Source of the DNA: Fimbriosthenelais zetlandica
Lineage: Eukaryota
NCBI GenBank assembly: GCA_977030845.1
Contig: OZ365112.1
Span: 23,312,001 to 23,376,000, forward strand
Length of the DNA: 64,000 bases
Reading direction: 5' to 3'
The number at the start of each line of letters is the position of its first letter. The stretch's first letter is position 1. The translations under genes were made by a program, and so were the position numbers. Shown here piece after piece: positions 52,101-64,000 of this stretch. The notes below the pieces were generated by a model, which searched no databases, had not been told where the DNA came from, and saw nothing but the letters and a program-made list of their open reading frames with translations.

Positions 52101-55100
52101 TTCTCTCTTCCATTCTGCCTTCCAGACCATTGGGCTGTTATCTGATAAGATGCTGGCCAAACAGAAAGAAGATGGAATAGGTGCAAGACTCGTAATTACC
52201 TGTTATGATAAGCTCTAAATCAGAGGTTATACGAGATGTGCAGGTACTGACACTTGTAGGTCACGTACACTGCATAATGCATTATGTTTTGTTTTGTAGT
52301 AGAAGTACTATATATAGAGCCACACTCTCTAGACTCTAGCTTTCTTTGGATAATCTCTTTTAGACTCATGTTCGACTGGCAAGATTTCTCTTATGGCAGC
52401 CACTTTGCTGCAAGACGTTACTACAATATAAGTTGTAAAACGTGCTTCGTCCACGACATTATATTCATTGTGGGTTTATTTTATGTATATCAGGGGATGT
52501 AGATATAGGGGCATTCGAATATTGCGATATGAACATGAATAGTAAAAATGCATTGCTTTCCCCATATTGGCAATGCTAGAAATATCACTACGAAATATAT
52601 AGGGAAGCTTGAAAGTATAGCTAGAGAGCATGAAATTATCTCATAGACTTACTCTTTCTGTATGTACAGCTTCCCTGCATTCCTCACTATTAAAAGTGAA
52701 CCCCTCCTCCTCCACACATAGCACAGGCAAGCATTACATCATATTTTATTGTAGAATAACATAGCTACTGTTAAGTCTTCTGGGGATAAAACGGCTTTGA
52801 ATGTCCCTCACAGCTAGATATTATATATTTTTGGTACATCAAGAAATGGCTCAGTGGACCTAAGGTTTCATCCTGTGCTAAACTGATCTTTATGTACACT
52901 CTACAGCCAGCTGACCTTTTGATAACTCCCGAGTTGTTGTGAGAAGCTCATAACTACTCCCGGAGGACTTATAAAACGCTCTATTTAAAGCCTAGTGTAC
53001 ACTGTGTTGATTTCTCTTGAATACTAACAAATCCCCAACTATTCACTTTTTCTCTGCCAAGTTCTGTTCGGTTGATGTCTGTTAAGTACTGTGTATGAAT
53101 ATTCATCTCCATTTCAATAGGATTCCAATCAATTATTTTGCCATCATAGAGTTTTAGCTAACAGAGAGAGTCACATCCCCAGGTGCCCCCCACTCCAATA
53201 TGTCTCCAGTCAGAATGGAGAATGTCCACCTAGTGAAGGAGGACTGGTGGGACGTGAAGCACCCTTGACGTGACGCGTGAGTTGCACATCAAAACTAGTC
53301 TCTGCCCCGGGCTGCTGTGTAGGCGCACACAGCCTATTATAATACCTCATGTCCTCTATCCTACTCTCCCGCTGCTCATCTCTGGAATAATAGAAAGTAT
53401 TAATGTATTCCTCTCATAAATTATTTTGACTGTTTTGGGTCAAATCTCCCTTTAGTTACTGAATGTAATATATTAGACGTTTTGCTTTATGCTGAAAGAC
53501 TTAAATCATGGGATATTTTTCTTTGGGTATTTTTGGTGTGTTGCTGTGTTGGCTTAACATGTTTGGCAGGGATTTACAAAAAGGATGCGACACTTTAAGA
53601 GATCTAAGAACAATAATATATGACGCACTTTAGAAACATGAAAGGGAAGCCCATGGACTCATTTTGCCACCATATATATAAAGCCTTCACTTAGCTCCTA
53701 TATACATCACAATCTTCTATCCAACCATCTGTTTTCACCTTGTCCTTTCCCATCCCTTTCTCCCTAGTTTATCAATCTTAATGGCCATTGCTGGCCTCAC
53801 TGTTTGTTTTTAGGTGTTGTATGCATGGTATCTGCCAAACATGCCTGAAGCATGTTTAAAAAAAATAGAAGTTAAAGCATTACGATTGCAATGCTATGAT
53901 ATTGAAACAGGCTCATGGATGTTGTTGCCATGCCCTTGGGTAATAATGGGAGCATTTGGTAGATTTATATTTGGAAGGATCCGTCCCTCAAAATGATCTC
54001 AGTCATCTTCAGCTCTAGACGTTTCAATTGGAGGATTTGTATTTCATCTTAACCTCATCTTTGGACTGAAGTCATGGGATGAATTTCTCTCATTTCATTG
54101 GCCTTTGCTGGATCTTTGATGGATATCATCAAAACGATTTTATGTGAATTCATCTCTGCAACCAAAACATCTTCAATTGCTGACGTTAGTTTCAAATTCC
54201 ATAGCTGTTTTCCTCAATATTTATCTCACTACAAGTTTTTATTATTCTCATATATATATTATTTATCTGTGTCAACTGGCCTAAATAAAATGACATGTTC
54301 CAGACTTGACCATAATCAAAGCATCATGAGTGGCGACTACCGGAAGGAAGTGCCAAGTAACGATCTGCCACAACTGGTGAAACTTAATATGGTTGCCATG
54401 GAAACGAAGGAGTCGTGTGATTCACGTTGATCAAACGCTTAGCGTCTACATTGCCTGCAATAATTTATCTTCCCACTAGCCACAGCCTTCTAAGTACTAG
54501 TAGCGGTGTCTACTATTTCTTGCACCTTTTAAATACCACATGGTAGGTGTGCTTTTACAATTACAAACCTTTTTAGAGTTGCACATAGTTGAGTAATTAA
54601 ACTCTCGCACTCAAGTTTCAAGAGTATCGGTAATGTGGCATGGCCAAAATGCCCTCTGCTGACAGCACAAGCATATTGCTGCAGCATCCTGCAAATTATA
54701 CTAAATTATCCGAGAAAACCCCAAACAAAAACAATTAACTTCAAACTTCCTGCCCCAGTATCCTGCATTGAATAGCGTTAAAAATTCACTGAATGCAACA
54801 CTGATTATATGTAGATCCGATATATCTCATATTTGCATACCACACATTATCTATTCAGGTCGGCATTTTAGTGCCTAATCCTGGTATTAAATGCAGGTTC
54901 CACAGAATGACACCCGTACACCAACAGCTTTAAAGTATTTGCACCTTCTAGTGCAACGCATGTATCACTGCAATGGTTGATCGTATGCCAATATGTTTTC
55001 TAACACCAGCATGTTTGTGCATTATTTTGGCTTTCGTCGCGTGATCCTTTTTATAAATGTGTTTCAAGAAAAAACTGCATATTCCTCAGTCGAAATATAG

Positions 55101-58100
55101 ACTCATGCTGTATTATGTCAATTGGAAATGTCTTTGAATTTGGAGAAATTCTAGGGGAAGGTTTTGGTCTACATAAATGTGAAAAAACATTCAGTAATAC
55201 AAGCACACATGGGCTCTTCGTGCAGAGTCGTCTATATGTATACATGTAGCTGAAAGATAGAAATCATAAATATGTCTCTGACGTTGGGTAAGTTGAGTTC
55301 CAATCCTGGGGGGCATGCATTTCTGAAAGGCAATATTGGAGGACGTCCCACTGGCGCATGGACTTGTTAACGTTCAGGAAATGAGAAGCATGTAGCGTCA
55401 TATATGCATCTCTCCGCGCTCCTCTCTATAATACTATCTGTATCTTTTTACTCTATCGTTCTCTACGTGAGACTCTGTCATCCCATTCTCTGTTCCCCCC
55501 CTCTTTTGTTTCTTTATTCTTTTACGTTCTTGTTCTCAGCTCTCATTTCATTTGAATATTATCGCATGGGCGTTCTGAGAAGCTCAATTAATACTGCCAT
55601 GACCAATACACTTTCCATGAAGTGAAATTTCGCAAAACTTAAAAATCACATGCTGTTCACTCTCAGTGATTTACAGCTAAGGACGTCAAGAGTCTTTTTC
55701 TAAAATATGCTATCCAAGCAATTTAATGGATTGCGAAAGCCTAACCCTAATTATATTTTAGTATAGGGCGTTTATTTGCTTCCTCATCCTGTACTCCTGC
55801 AAAGCACTACTTTGCCAAGCAAGTATGTCCCTTCATTCAGGGATACTTTCCTTTAGAGTTTCCTTTCTTAGTAAATGATTCTGTTTAGTAGCTGAAAATT
55901 AATTCTAATTCTTACATTTCTTTCATTCCTTTTATTCTGTTATCTTCACGGAATCAAGGGCATGATATATTATACATCTGACTCAGATTATTTTAGTGCA
56001 GCTAGTATTTCTTTTGAAAGCCATTCCGTTCCAGCTTTTAAATATTCTCAGGTTCAGTCTTGCTGTCTTGTTTCCTTCTTGTATTCAAGTTTTTTCTGCT
56101 GTATCGTGAATTTTACAGACCTGTTTTCCCTTGATGTACATTCGTACATTCTGTACAACAATCTTTGCATTAATTCTCTTTCGCCATTTGAACTCGGAAT
56201 CTCTGTATGTGCTGTGCATGTCCCCTGCCTCCTCTTTTTGTTCTCTCTCACTTCCTACCACAAAAGCATGTCATCCTTCATGTCCTTCTTGCATCTTGCA
56301 CTGTGCAGCAACTTGTTTCATCAGGACGTGTCGCAGGGCCACCAGCCGAGCTGCTCTATGTAATCTACACCGTCATGAGCTGCTTACTACTGCACTCTTC
56401 TCGCTCTGCTCCTCCTCCTTCTCCCCCTCCAGCCGTCCCACAATGCAACACTGAGCAGCCGCAGTTTGAACAGGAAGCGACGGAGGCAGAGGAGGAGGAG
56501 GAGGAGAGCCCGGGACGCCCGCATGGCCCGTCAGCGTCCGACCAGCTACAGCTACTAGTACTACTACTAACGAGAACGTGTCGGTGCCACGACATTGCAT
56601 TGGACCAACAGCACCGATCCACAGGCTCCCGATCCCAGACCCCCCTCCCAGACCACTCATAATACCATGGATACGTACAAACCGTGTGGAGGAGGGAGAG
56701 GAGAGGGTACTGGAGGAGGACAACCAAGTATCAAGGATATTTCATTGTCAACTCTATCACTCCCAATTCTGGATTTACAGGTCATTTGTTGTGTGGAATA
56801 GACAATAAATTTGCAGGTACGTCCAATACTATGTGTTGTGGGACCTTCAGTTAGACTTCTGCATATACAGTGCATTTTGTTGTACGTTTGGTGGATGAAG
56901 GTAGGGGGATAGAGAAGTCAGGCGAGAAAGGGAAGAGATGGAGCAGGTGGTCGGAGATGAGCAGGACCTGTTTGTGGGGCTGGTGGCAGCTTTGTTGTGG
57001 TCTGAAGATGCATTTATAAAAGGAAAATGAAAGATTTGACTTCAATACAGAACATAGTGACAGGTTTCTCTGCTGCATGCCTTGATGCAGGCAGACAGAA
57101 CGCATAGTTCTTTCGCCATACCGTGGTTGAAATCCCACGTATTTGATTCTCATATGCGTCAGCTGTTGGGAAATGGAAGATGGTAGGAAAATCATCATCA
57201 CCATTACCATTGTGTATACCTGCCATTCCAATGATTTTCAAAACCACATAAATATAATTGATCTTTATATATCTTTCTGACTTCAAACTCAAACAAAACA
57301 CATTCCATAATCAATATGTATGACACCACTGAATAGGAGTGAATAACAAATGCTTGACATGATTGTGAAAGGATGGTTTTCACTATTGAGGCTTTCAAAT
57401 GTGCGGGCGCGTCCCCTATACGTGATACATATACGTCATTACAATTGCTGCGATACTTTAACACCTCTAGCTCAACTGTTGTTCATCAATTTTTTTTTTG
57501 TAAAACAACTTGTCAATTTGTACTTGGCATATACTCGCCCTGGCCCATTGCCTCCAGTAGCATGTGGCCATCCAGTGATTTTCCTGGTTTTTCTGGTCTT
57601 AATCCCCTCCATCTGTGTTTGTCCGTGGGCTGGGCTTATACACATATACAATCCTGGAACAGTTCCACGGATGGAACAGCAATCAGACTGAGCATTACCC
57701 TTAACTGCCATACCAATTATATGGAAGGCAATTATTAGAAAATTCAGTCCCTGCAACATTTTCTTCTTCAAAATTTAGACAGATATTACTATAATGATAT
57801 TATGCCTTTCAGGCCTGATTTGAGTTTTTATATAACTCTTGCCGTGTATTATACCCTATTGAGATAATGGTTTTGAATAATTCTATTAATACACATTAGA
57901 ACCTTTGAATGTTTTTGGATCGCCTGGAAATGTGTCCCTGATAATTGGACAGGTTTCAGTGACCTATGCCTGCATACATGTCATTGTAGGGGGCCTGACT
58001 CCGCTATACACATATTGAACTCGTCACACTGCAGGTGAAAGGTGCACGCACTGAATCCACCAACGAGAAAAAAAACTCCACATAGCTACAATGATTGTCA

Positions 58101-61100
58101 CACTAAAACGTCGGGATGCTTTTTAAAATATTTGGCACTTGGAAGATAGGGCTATAAAATATGCAGCTATCAATACACTTTGAATATAATTCGCTATAAA
58201 ATGCACCATTTTAACCCAAGTTTGACATATATAAGTTTTTGCAGTGTAGGCTGTAACAAGAGTGACAGGAAGGATGGGTGCTGGTAACTAGGGATTAATG
58301 AGACGGCAAGGGATCAAGAATTCTGTACTTGAGAAGAATGCTGATGGGACTTCACGGAGGTTAATAAAACATATCCCATTCAATTTCTCCCATAATAACC
58401 CTAATTTGCTCTCCAATTTTACACGGAGTTTGAATTAAACCGTGACCTACAGCATTAGTTGGGATAGACGCACCCGTCAGCACATTAGTTTAGGTTTAAT
58501 TTGTATCAGCAAATCAGCAAAAAGGTAATTCATGAGGTTAGGCATATTCCGCTTGAATAGATCAAATGCTTACCAATAACTCACCATTGGTTATGAGTGG
58601 TTGGGTTTAGTTTGAGGCTGAGAGCTGGTGCATTGTTTGGATGGTATATGTTGAGTTATAGAGGATTTTCAGCATTATGTTTAGGCAGGAGGAGGATAGA
58701 TGTCCGAGGATCCATTATACATATGGTGATGGTTGAGAAGCAGGTGGCTGACATCAGGCTCCTGGCTCCTGATGCTCAGCTGGATCCCACCCTGGAGGAG
58801 ATCTCACTCCTCCCCGCCCGGGCCCTCCTACTGCCCCTATTCCTGCACTCTATGATTTAAGTGCCATCTTCGTCTTACTCAACTTATCATGCGCAATAAC
58901 GTGTCTTATTTTTGTTTATTGTTCTTATTCTCGTAGTTCATCACCCTGTTATTTTTTTCTAGTATTTCTTGTCCACTTCTTCTTCTTCTGTGTCATCCCT
59001 CTTGTTATCACTTCTCATTTCCGACCACCTCATGCACCACTTAGCAGATTGTAATTATCCTCATGTTCTTCTGATTTCCATTCAATACTCGGGCCTGAGA
59101 TTACTATGCTGTAAATGGTCCTCTATTCTTTCTCTATACCTCCTGACCTGACCTTCTCATATTCTCCACATCCTCCTCTCCTATTTCACCACCACTCATT
59201 CTTTTATATCACCATAACAACCCTGCTCATACACCATTCCTATCTCGCACATGCTTCCAATTGATAAGCAATCGCCCAAAACACTTAACTGACACATTTA
59301 TACGTACCTGGTGCTGACCTCCACTCCACCTAAAACCCTACATCCCACTATAAAACCAGCATACTGTCAGGGACACACTAAACTGATTTCCTCCCATGAA
59401 ATAACAATTGCTATAATACGTACATCATTTCACAAATGTCTTCATATGTCATTCATTACTTACCCGGTATCACTACTGTTACAGCTAAGGACAATGACGA
59501 ATGTGGCGCTAAGACAACTTCAATAGGCAAAAAGTCAATAGTGAATTCCAGCCTTGAAAGGTCAGCGATTCCATTAGATTATTAGGACCAGCATCCAGCA
59601 CAGCCTCCACCATTTTGTTACAGCAAATGTCCGACATATCACCAGTGTAGTTAACTTGTCTAACTGTCAGCTCAATACTTGCATGGCGGAGCATGTGGAT
59701 GGATAGACCTGAACAGGCTCTTCTCCTCCAATCAACATGCAGATTGCCATCTATTACGTCCACTATATTGACACTGTCACTGAATTAAACATTCCCCTCC
59801 GTTGCCATTGTCTCGTATATATATGTCGAACTTTTGGTGGTGTCTTTGACAAGATGATTATTTGCAACATCATTAAGTTTTCTTACCAGATATAGGGTCC
59901 AATGTATCTACTTCACTTGAAGCATTTTTAGAGCGTAATCTGTTTCCACACATGTATTAGCTCTGCTCCTTTTTCAAGATGAATATTTCATAAGGAAGAA
60001 AACAGGGAATGAATATTCATCTGGCATCAAGAAATACAGCCTCCATTAACGAGCTCTATTGTAAAAGCTATCTGTATAATAATACAAAGGGTCGTGTAAG
60101 TCCATTATTAAGGGGGCCGTCTTGAATCCTTGTGAACCACTGGGAATTGGAGCCACCACAGTCCTTGCCGCATCACTGTATTGCTACGACAATACAGCCT
60201 CAGACTATTGCTGCTACCAAGGACCTGCTCAGAGCACCTGGAGCCGTTCTGAATGAGACAGACAGAGATTCATAGATGAGTTAATATTGAGGACTAAACA
60301 CTAGTCAATGCACAAGGATCAATACAATAATGACTATACTTGGTGTTGGATCACTATTATCTAAGACCCATAGCTCACCGGCATTCTACAGTCGCATTGA
60401 ACGATCAGAATAGTTGATAACGACATTTTCAATATTTTCCTATGTAAGCAGACAACGGCTGAATTGGTTGCGGGATCTCTAATCAATCTACTGTTTGCAG
60501 ATTTGCCTTAATACAAGGTCATTAAATATGTTGAGTTGATTGCCAAGAGATCTTATTTTAAGGATCCTTCAACATTCTCTTTGTTAATCGCTTGTCCACA
60601 TAACTTGTCGCGCATTAGTGGTCTGATCATAGAATTTCAGAGGCCTTAGTTGAAATCCAAGACCATGGCACATTTTTTTTCGATTTGGCAACGCTCATTT
60701 TGATCGAAAGTGTTAAACAAAGCAAATTAGGCAAAGCTCCAGAAGGGCTTTTAGTATTGAGCCCTCTCCATTGAGTATGTTAAAATTGCCTACCGAGGGA
60801 AGTTTCCCTTGCTTCTATACTGAAATATACGTAAATGATGCGGTTTATATATATATGAAGTAGAAAGTCATAATAATCAGAAACCAGCTTTAACATATTA
60901 AATGTTACAAAATTGTGTACTACGATTTTACTATTGAATCAAAACAGAATCAAGTACCAATATTGTTATGTTTTTGCCTGACCAAATGGTTTTCTGACCT
61001 GCCAGTCTGCAACCATTGTTCCAGGTTGTGTTCCTTTGGTTTAACTTTTTTGTTCCTTTTCCCCAATGAGCAGGATTCGCCTCCCAGATCCCAAGGATCA

Positions 61101-64000
61101 GAGTCACTCAGCCCATTGAGGGATAGTGAAGAGATCTTAAGAGGGCGTAATGATGCGACTATTAGATGGTGTTCTCACCTCGCAGATTGTACTAGCGGCT
61201 ATTTAGTCTCACTTTTGACTGACCCATAACACATAGTTATTGTATGGGTCATAAACAAGGACTTAGCTTTTAGATACTTTTCCCCAAAAGAGACCAATTC
61301 ATTCAGTTATCTTATTTTCTCATGCTTAAAGGAGTGGATCAGTTTACAGAGCGTCAAGTAAGGAAAGCAACTATTATTAAAGGAGTTTTTCTTTCCAATC
61401 CTGATCGATAATAAAGTAGCTTTGTACAGAAGGCCGACTGCCTTGCAAGAAAAACCAAGTGGGATAAGTTCCTTTCCCTCCGGCCTTGGTCCACAGATTT
61501 CCACAGCCTCAAAACACGTCGAGTGGGCCCTGCATGATCTGGCGCCTTTCTATTTTTATCCCTTCCTCCAGCCTCCAGCACAAATTGATCCCCTCTCGAC
61601 GCCTCACCTGTCACTCATCTTGTTAGCTCCTCCCTGAAATTCCTCCCAGTCTCCTTTCTCCCTGCAACAGGTGGCCCTGCCACAGTCAAGACATATCTTG
61701 TCTTTATCAAATGTACTTTAATGTATTTTAATGGGAGCCAGTCTGCTGAATAACTAGTCTACATATGGTGTGAACAACTCATTTATCATGTTTATTTATT
61801 GGTTGCATTACAAATTATATACGATATCTGCTGATGGGCATTTTATGATTCGAACTATAGCTGATGGTGGTAACCAGGAATTTAATATTCTTCAATTCAA
61901 TGACTTCTTTTTAGATTGAAATGGTCGGATTTTAATCGTGAGAAGTAGTTGTTTTTGTTGATGTCTGGCGATATGATGTGTCAGCATAGATGGAACAAGT
62001 ACTTTCTTACCTAACCCATAGAGGCTGAGCCAGAACATAGAAAAATAGAAATAAAGAGCATGCAGGTGGGTCTGATGGTAGAATAGCATCAGAAAGTAGG
62101 TCTAGGTCTGGGGTTGGGACGGAGAGGAGGGCCTCTCGAGAACCGTAATAAGCAGAAAATGTCACTTTCATAGTGTGCACATCCACCAATTTGATGAAGT
62201 TTATTGCCTGAAATGTTATGCTCTATACAGATAGATCCGGTTTCGAGTGAATGTAAGTCGATAAAACTAGATCTATATCTAATATTTCATAAAGTTAGGT
62301 CATGTGCATGGAATTTAAAAGGTTATCCTGGTTCATGCTATTGCTCAGTATGTGCCCATGGTAAAATTATATCCAATGGGCCTGTATTGATTTAGCAAGG
62401 AGAGACAGATGTTCATTTTGAGATGAGGGTGGATTCTGGGGCAGCGTGAATGGCAGGTGGGATTCTGATAAATAACTAGAAACCGGACTGCAGATATATG
62501 TGTAGATGTTTAGATATATCTAAATCTATAGTGCATAGGACGAAGGCTGTCATATTGAGGGGTCATTGCTGTAGACTAGTTTCAATTAAACTTTAAATTA
62601 TGGAAGTGAGTATCTGTGGAAGTAGTCGTTATAGATTACATTAAAGTCTGCTATTGCTCTGATTAAAATGGTATCTTTATAGTCATTTATCCATTGCTAT
62701 TGACTTGTATTGGGTGTTATTTAGGGACCTTACAACTGAGTGCACCCTGCCTGCCTGGCCTTCGCCTTCATTTTGTCGATGTTCTGACGTCACGTATTCT
62801 CGTAATCAACGAGACCCTTGGTGTTACGCAATTACTGAGAGGCACTGAAAATGATGGCGGGGAATGAATTCCAGATTAGCCACCTTATTTTCATTTTGAT
62901 GGGCTTTTTAGTGGGCAAACAGGCAACGTTGGCAGCTTGTGGTTGCCTGCATTGGTGGGCTGAGACTGTATTTACGTGCGGGTGCTATTTTGCACTAATC
63001 TGGGACATATATACAACAATGGTGGTTTTGGAATGGGCCGCAATGTACAGTATATATATTGGTTTTTATATTGTACTTGCTTATTTCGTTGTTTTTATGA
63101 TGTAATGAGTTCTGTATTTGCTATTGGTATGGGGGTCAATTGCTAAACCTGAGTGCTTCAATTCCTGAATAATGTTCAGCGTATTGCAGTTGCTGCGATG
63201 ATTCTTTATATCCAGTATATTGCATTTTACATTGTAAATGTTTTCATAGTATCCATTTGAATTGGACAATACATTACTTATTTTGTCTTTTAACCACTGC
63301 AAAAGTATTTCCCTTTAAAATGTACCGTAATCAGTTAGCAAATCATATCCTTTTCCATATTTCCTGTTTCGTAACGATGAATTTGTCCACTCTTTAAGCA
63401 CAGTCCCATGATTGAAGTTCCAAATGGGAGAGGGGACTTATGAGCCCATTTCCCCCGTCCTCTGGCCCAACCCTCTCCCTTACGTGGCTCTATTTGCTGG
63501 ACAAGCAAGCAGGTGCTTAGCTGCTCATAAATCATGCATTGTCACAATAACAGAGTCAACGTGGACGACTGAGGGCCACTAGGGAGTAGGTAGAATTCCC
63601 CACCCCACCTCCCCCATCAACCCGTACTCACTTAATGTTGGATGAACTTAGCCCTGTACTACTACTTATATCAACCTTGAAATAACAGGGTATCTATGGG
63701 CTACAGAATGCTAGCTGGGTAAGGCAGCTGTTGCTTTATATGCAACCATAGAAACATTTGAATTTGCGTTAGAAAAGAGAATATATTTCTGCTGTTTAAC
63801 ATTCAGAACCAGAAAGCATCACTATGTACAGCTCCACTAAGTCGTCAGATTTAGAGTGTATTTCCATGGGCTAGCGAAGTGGGGTTGAGGTGCTAAGCCC
63901 CAGGGGAGCGGATTTGGGCAGTGAACAGAATCACTATGAGGTTATCAATGACAGGCCAAATCAAAACAGGCCAAATCCAATGCTATGTAAATCATGGAGG

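Noticed and set aside
58597-59763. ORFs of 84-87 aa as host exons
   Set aside because: No recognisable domain or paired consensus splice sites, and the lengths are compatible with chance.

Overview
Eukaryotic, AT-rich (roughly 38-40% GC by eye), invertebrate-like genomic window with GT-AG introns. The left third is a nested repeat structure. A 335-bp satellite array (1-5737, with higher-order structure) is interrupted in its last unit by a ~16.2-kb Mutator-superfamily (MULE) DNA transposon (5738-21945). The element is bounded by an exact 8-9 bp target-site duplication (CATGTGTC/G) and imperfect modular TIRs built of CAACTCAYCCC motifs. Inside it, on the minus strand, three exons can be spliced in frame into a ~1,436-aa protein: tandem PHD fingers, then a ~690-aa Ser/Pro/Arg repeat linker, then FLYWCH, then an intact MULE DDE transposase. 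The supplied ORF track shows only two of these pieces and reports the repeat exon in the wrong frames. The element also carries a 100-bp tandem repeat, intronic duplications, a segment homologous (inverted) to 45.0-46.1 kb, and SINE/LINE/MITE fragments. The interrupted satellite unit resumes at 21946 and is closed by an inverted copy of the satellite core motif. From ~22.2 to 64 kb I found no recognisable protein domain, only a 65-bp minisatellite, the dispersed-repeat copy at 45-46 kb and a few unconfirmed exon-like or GC-rich segments.
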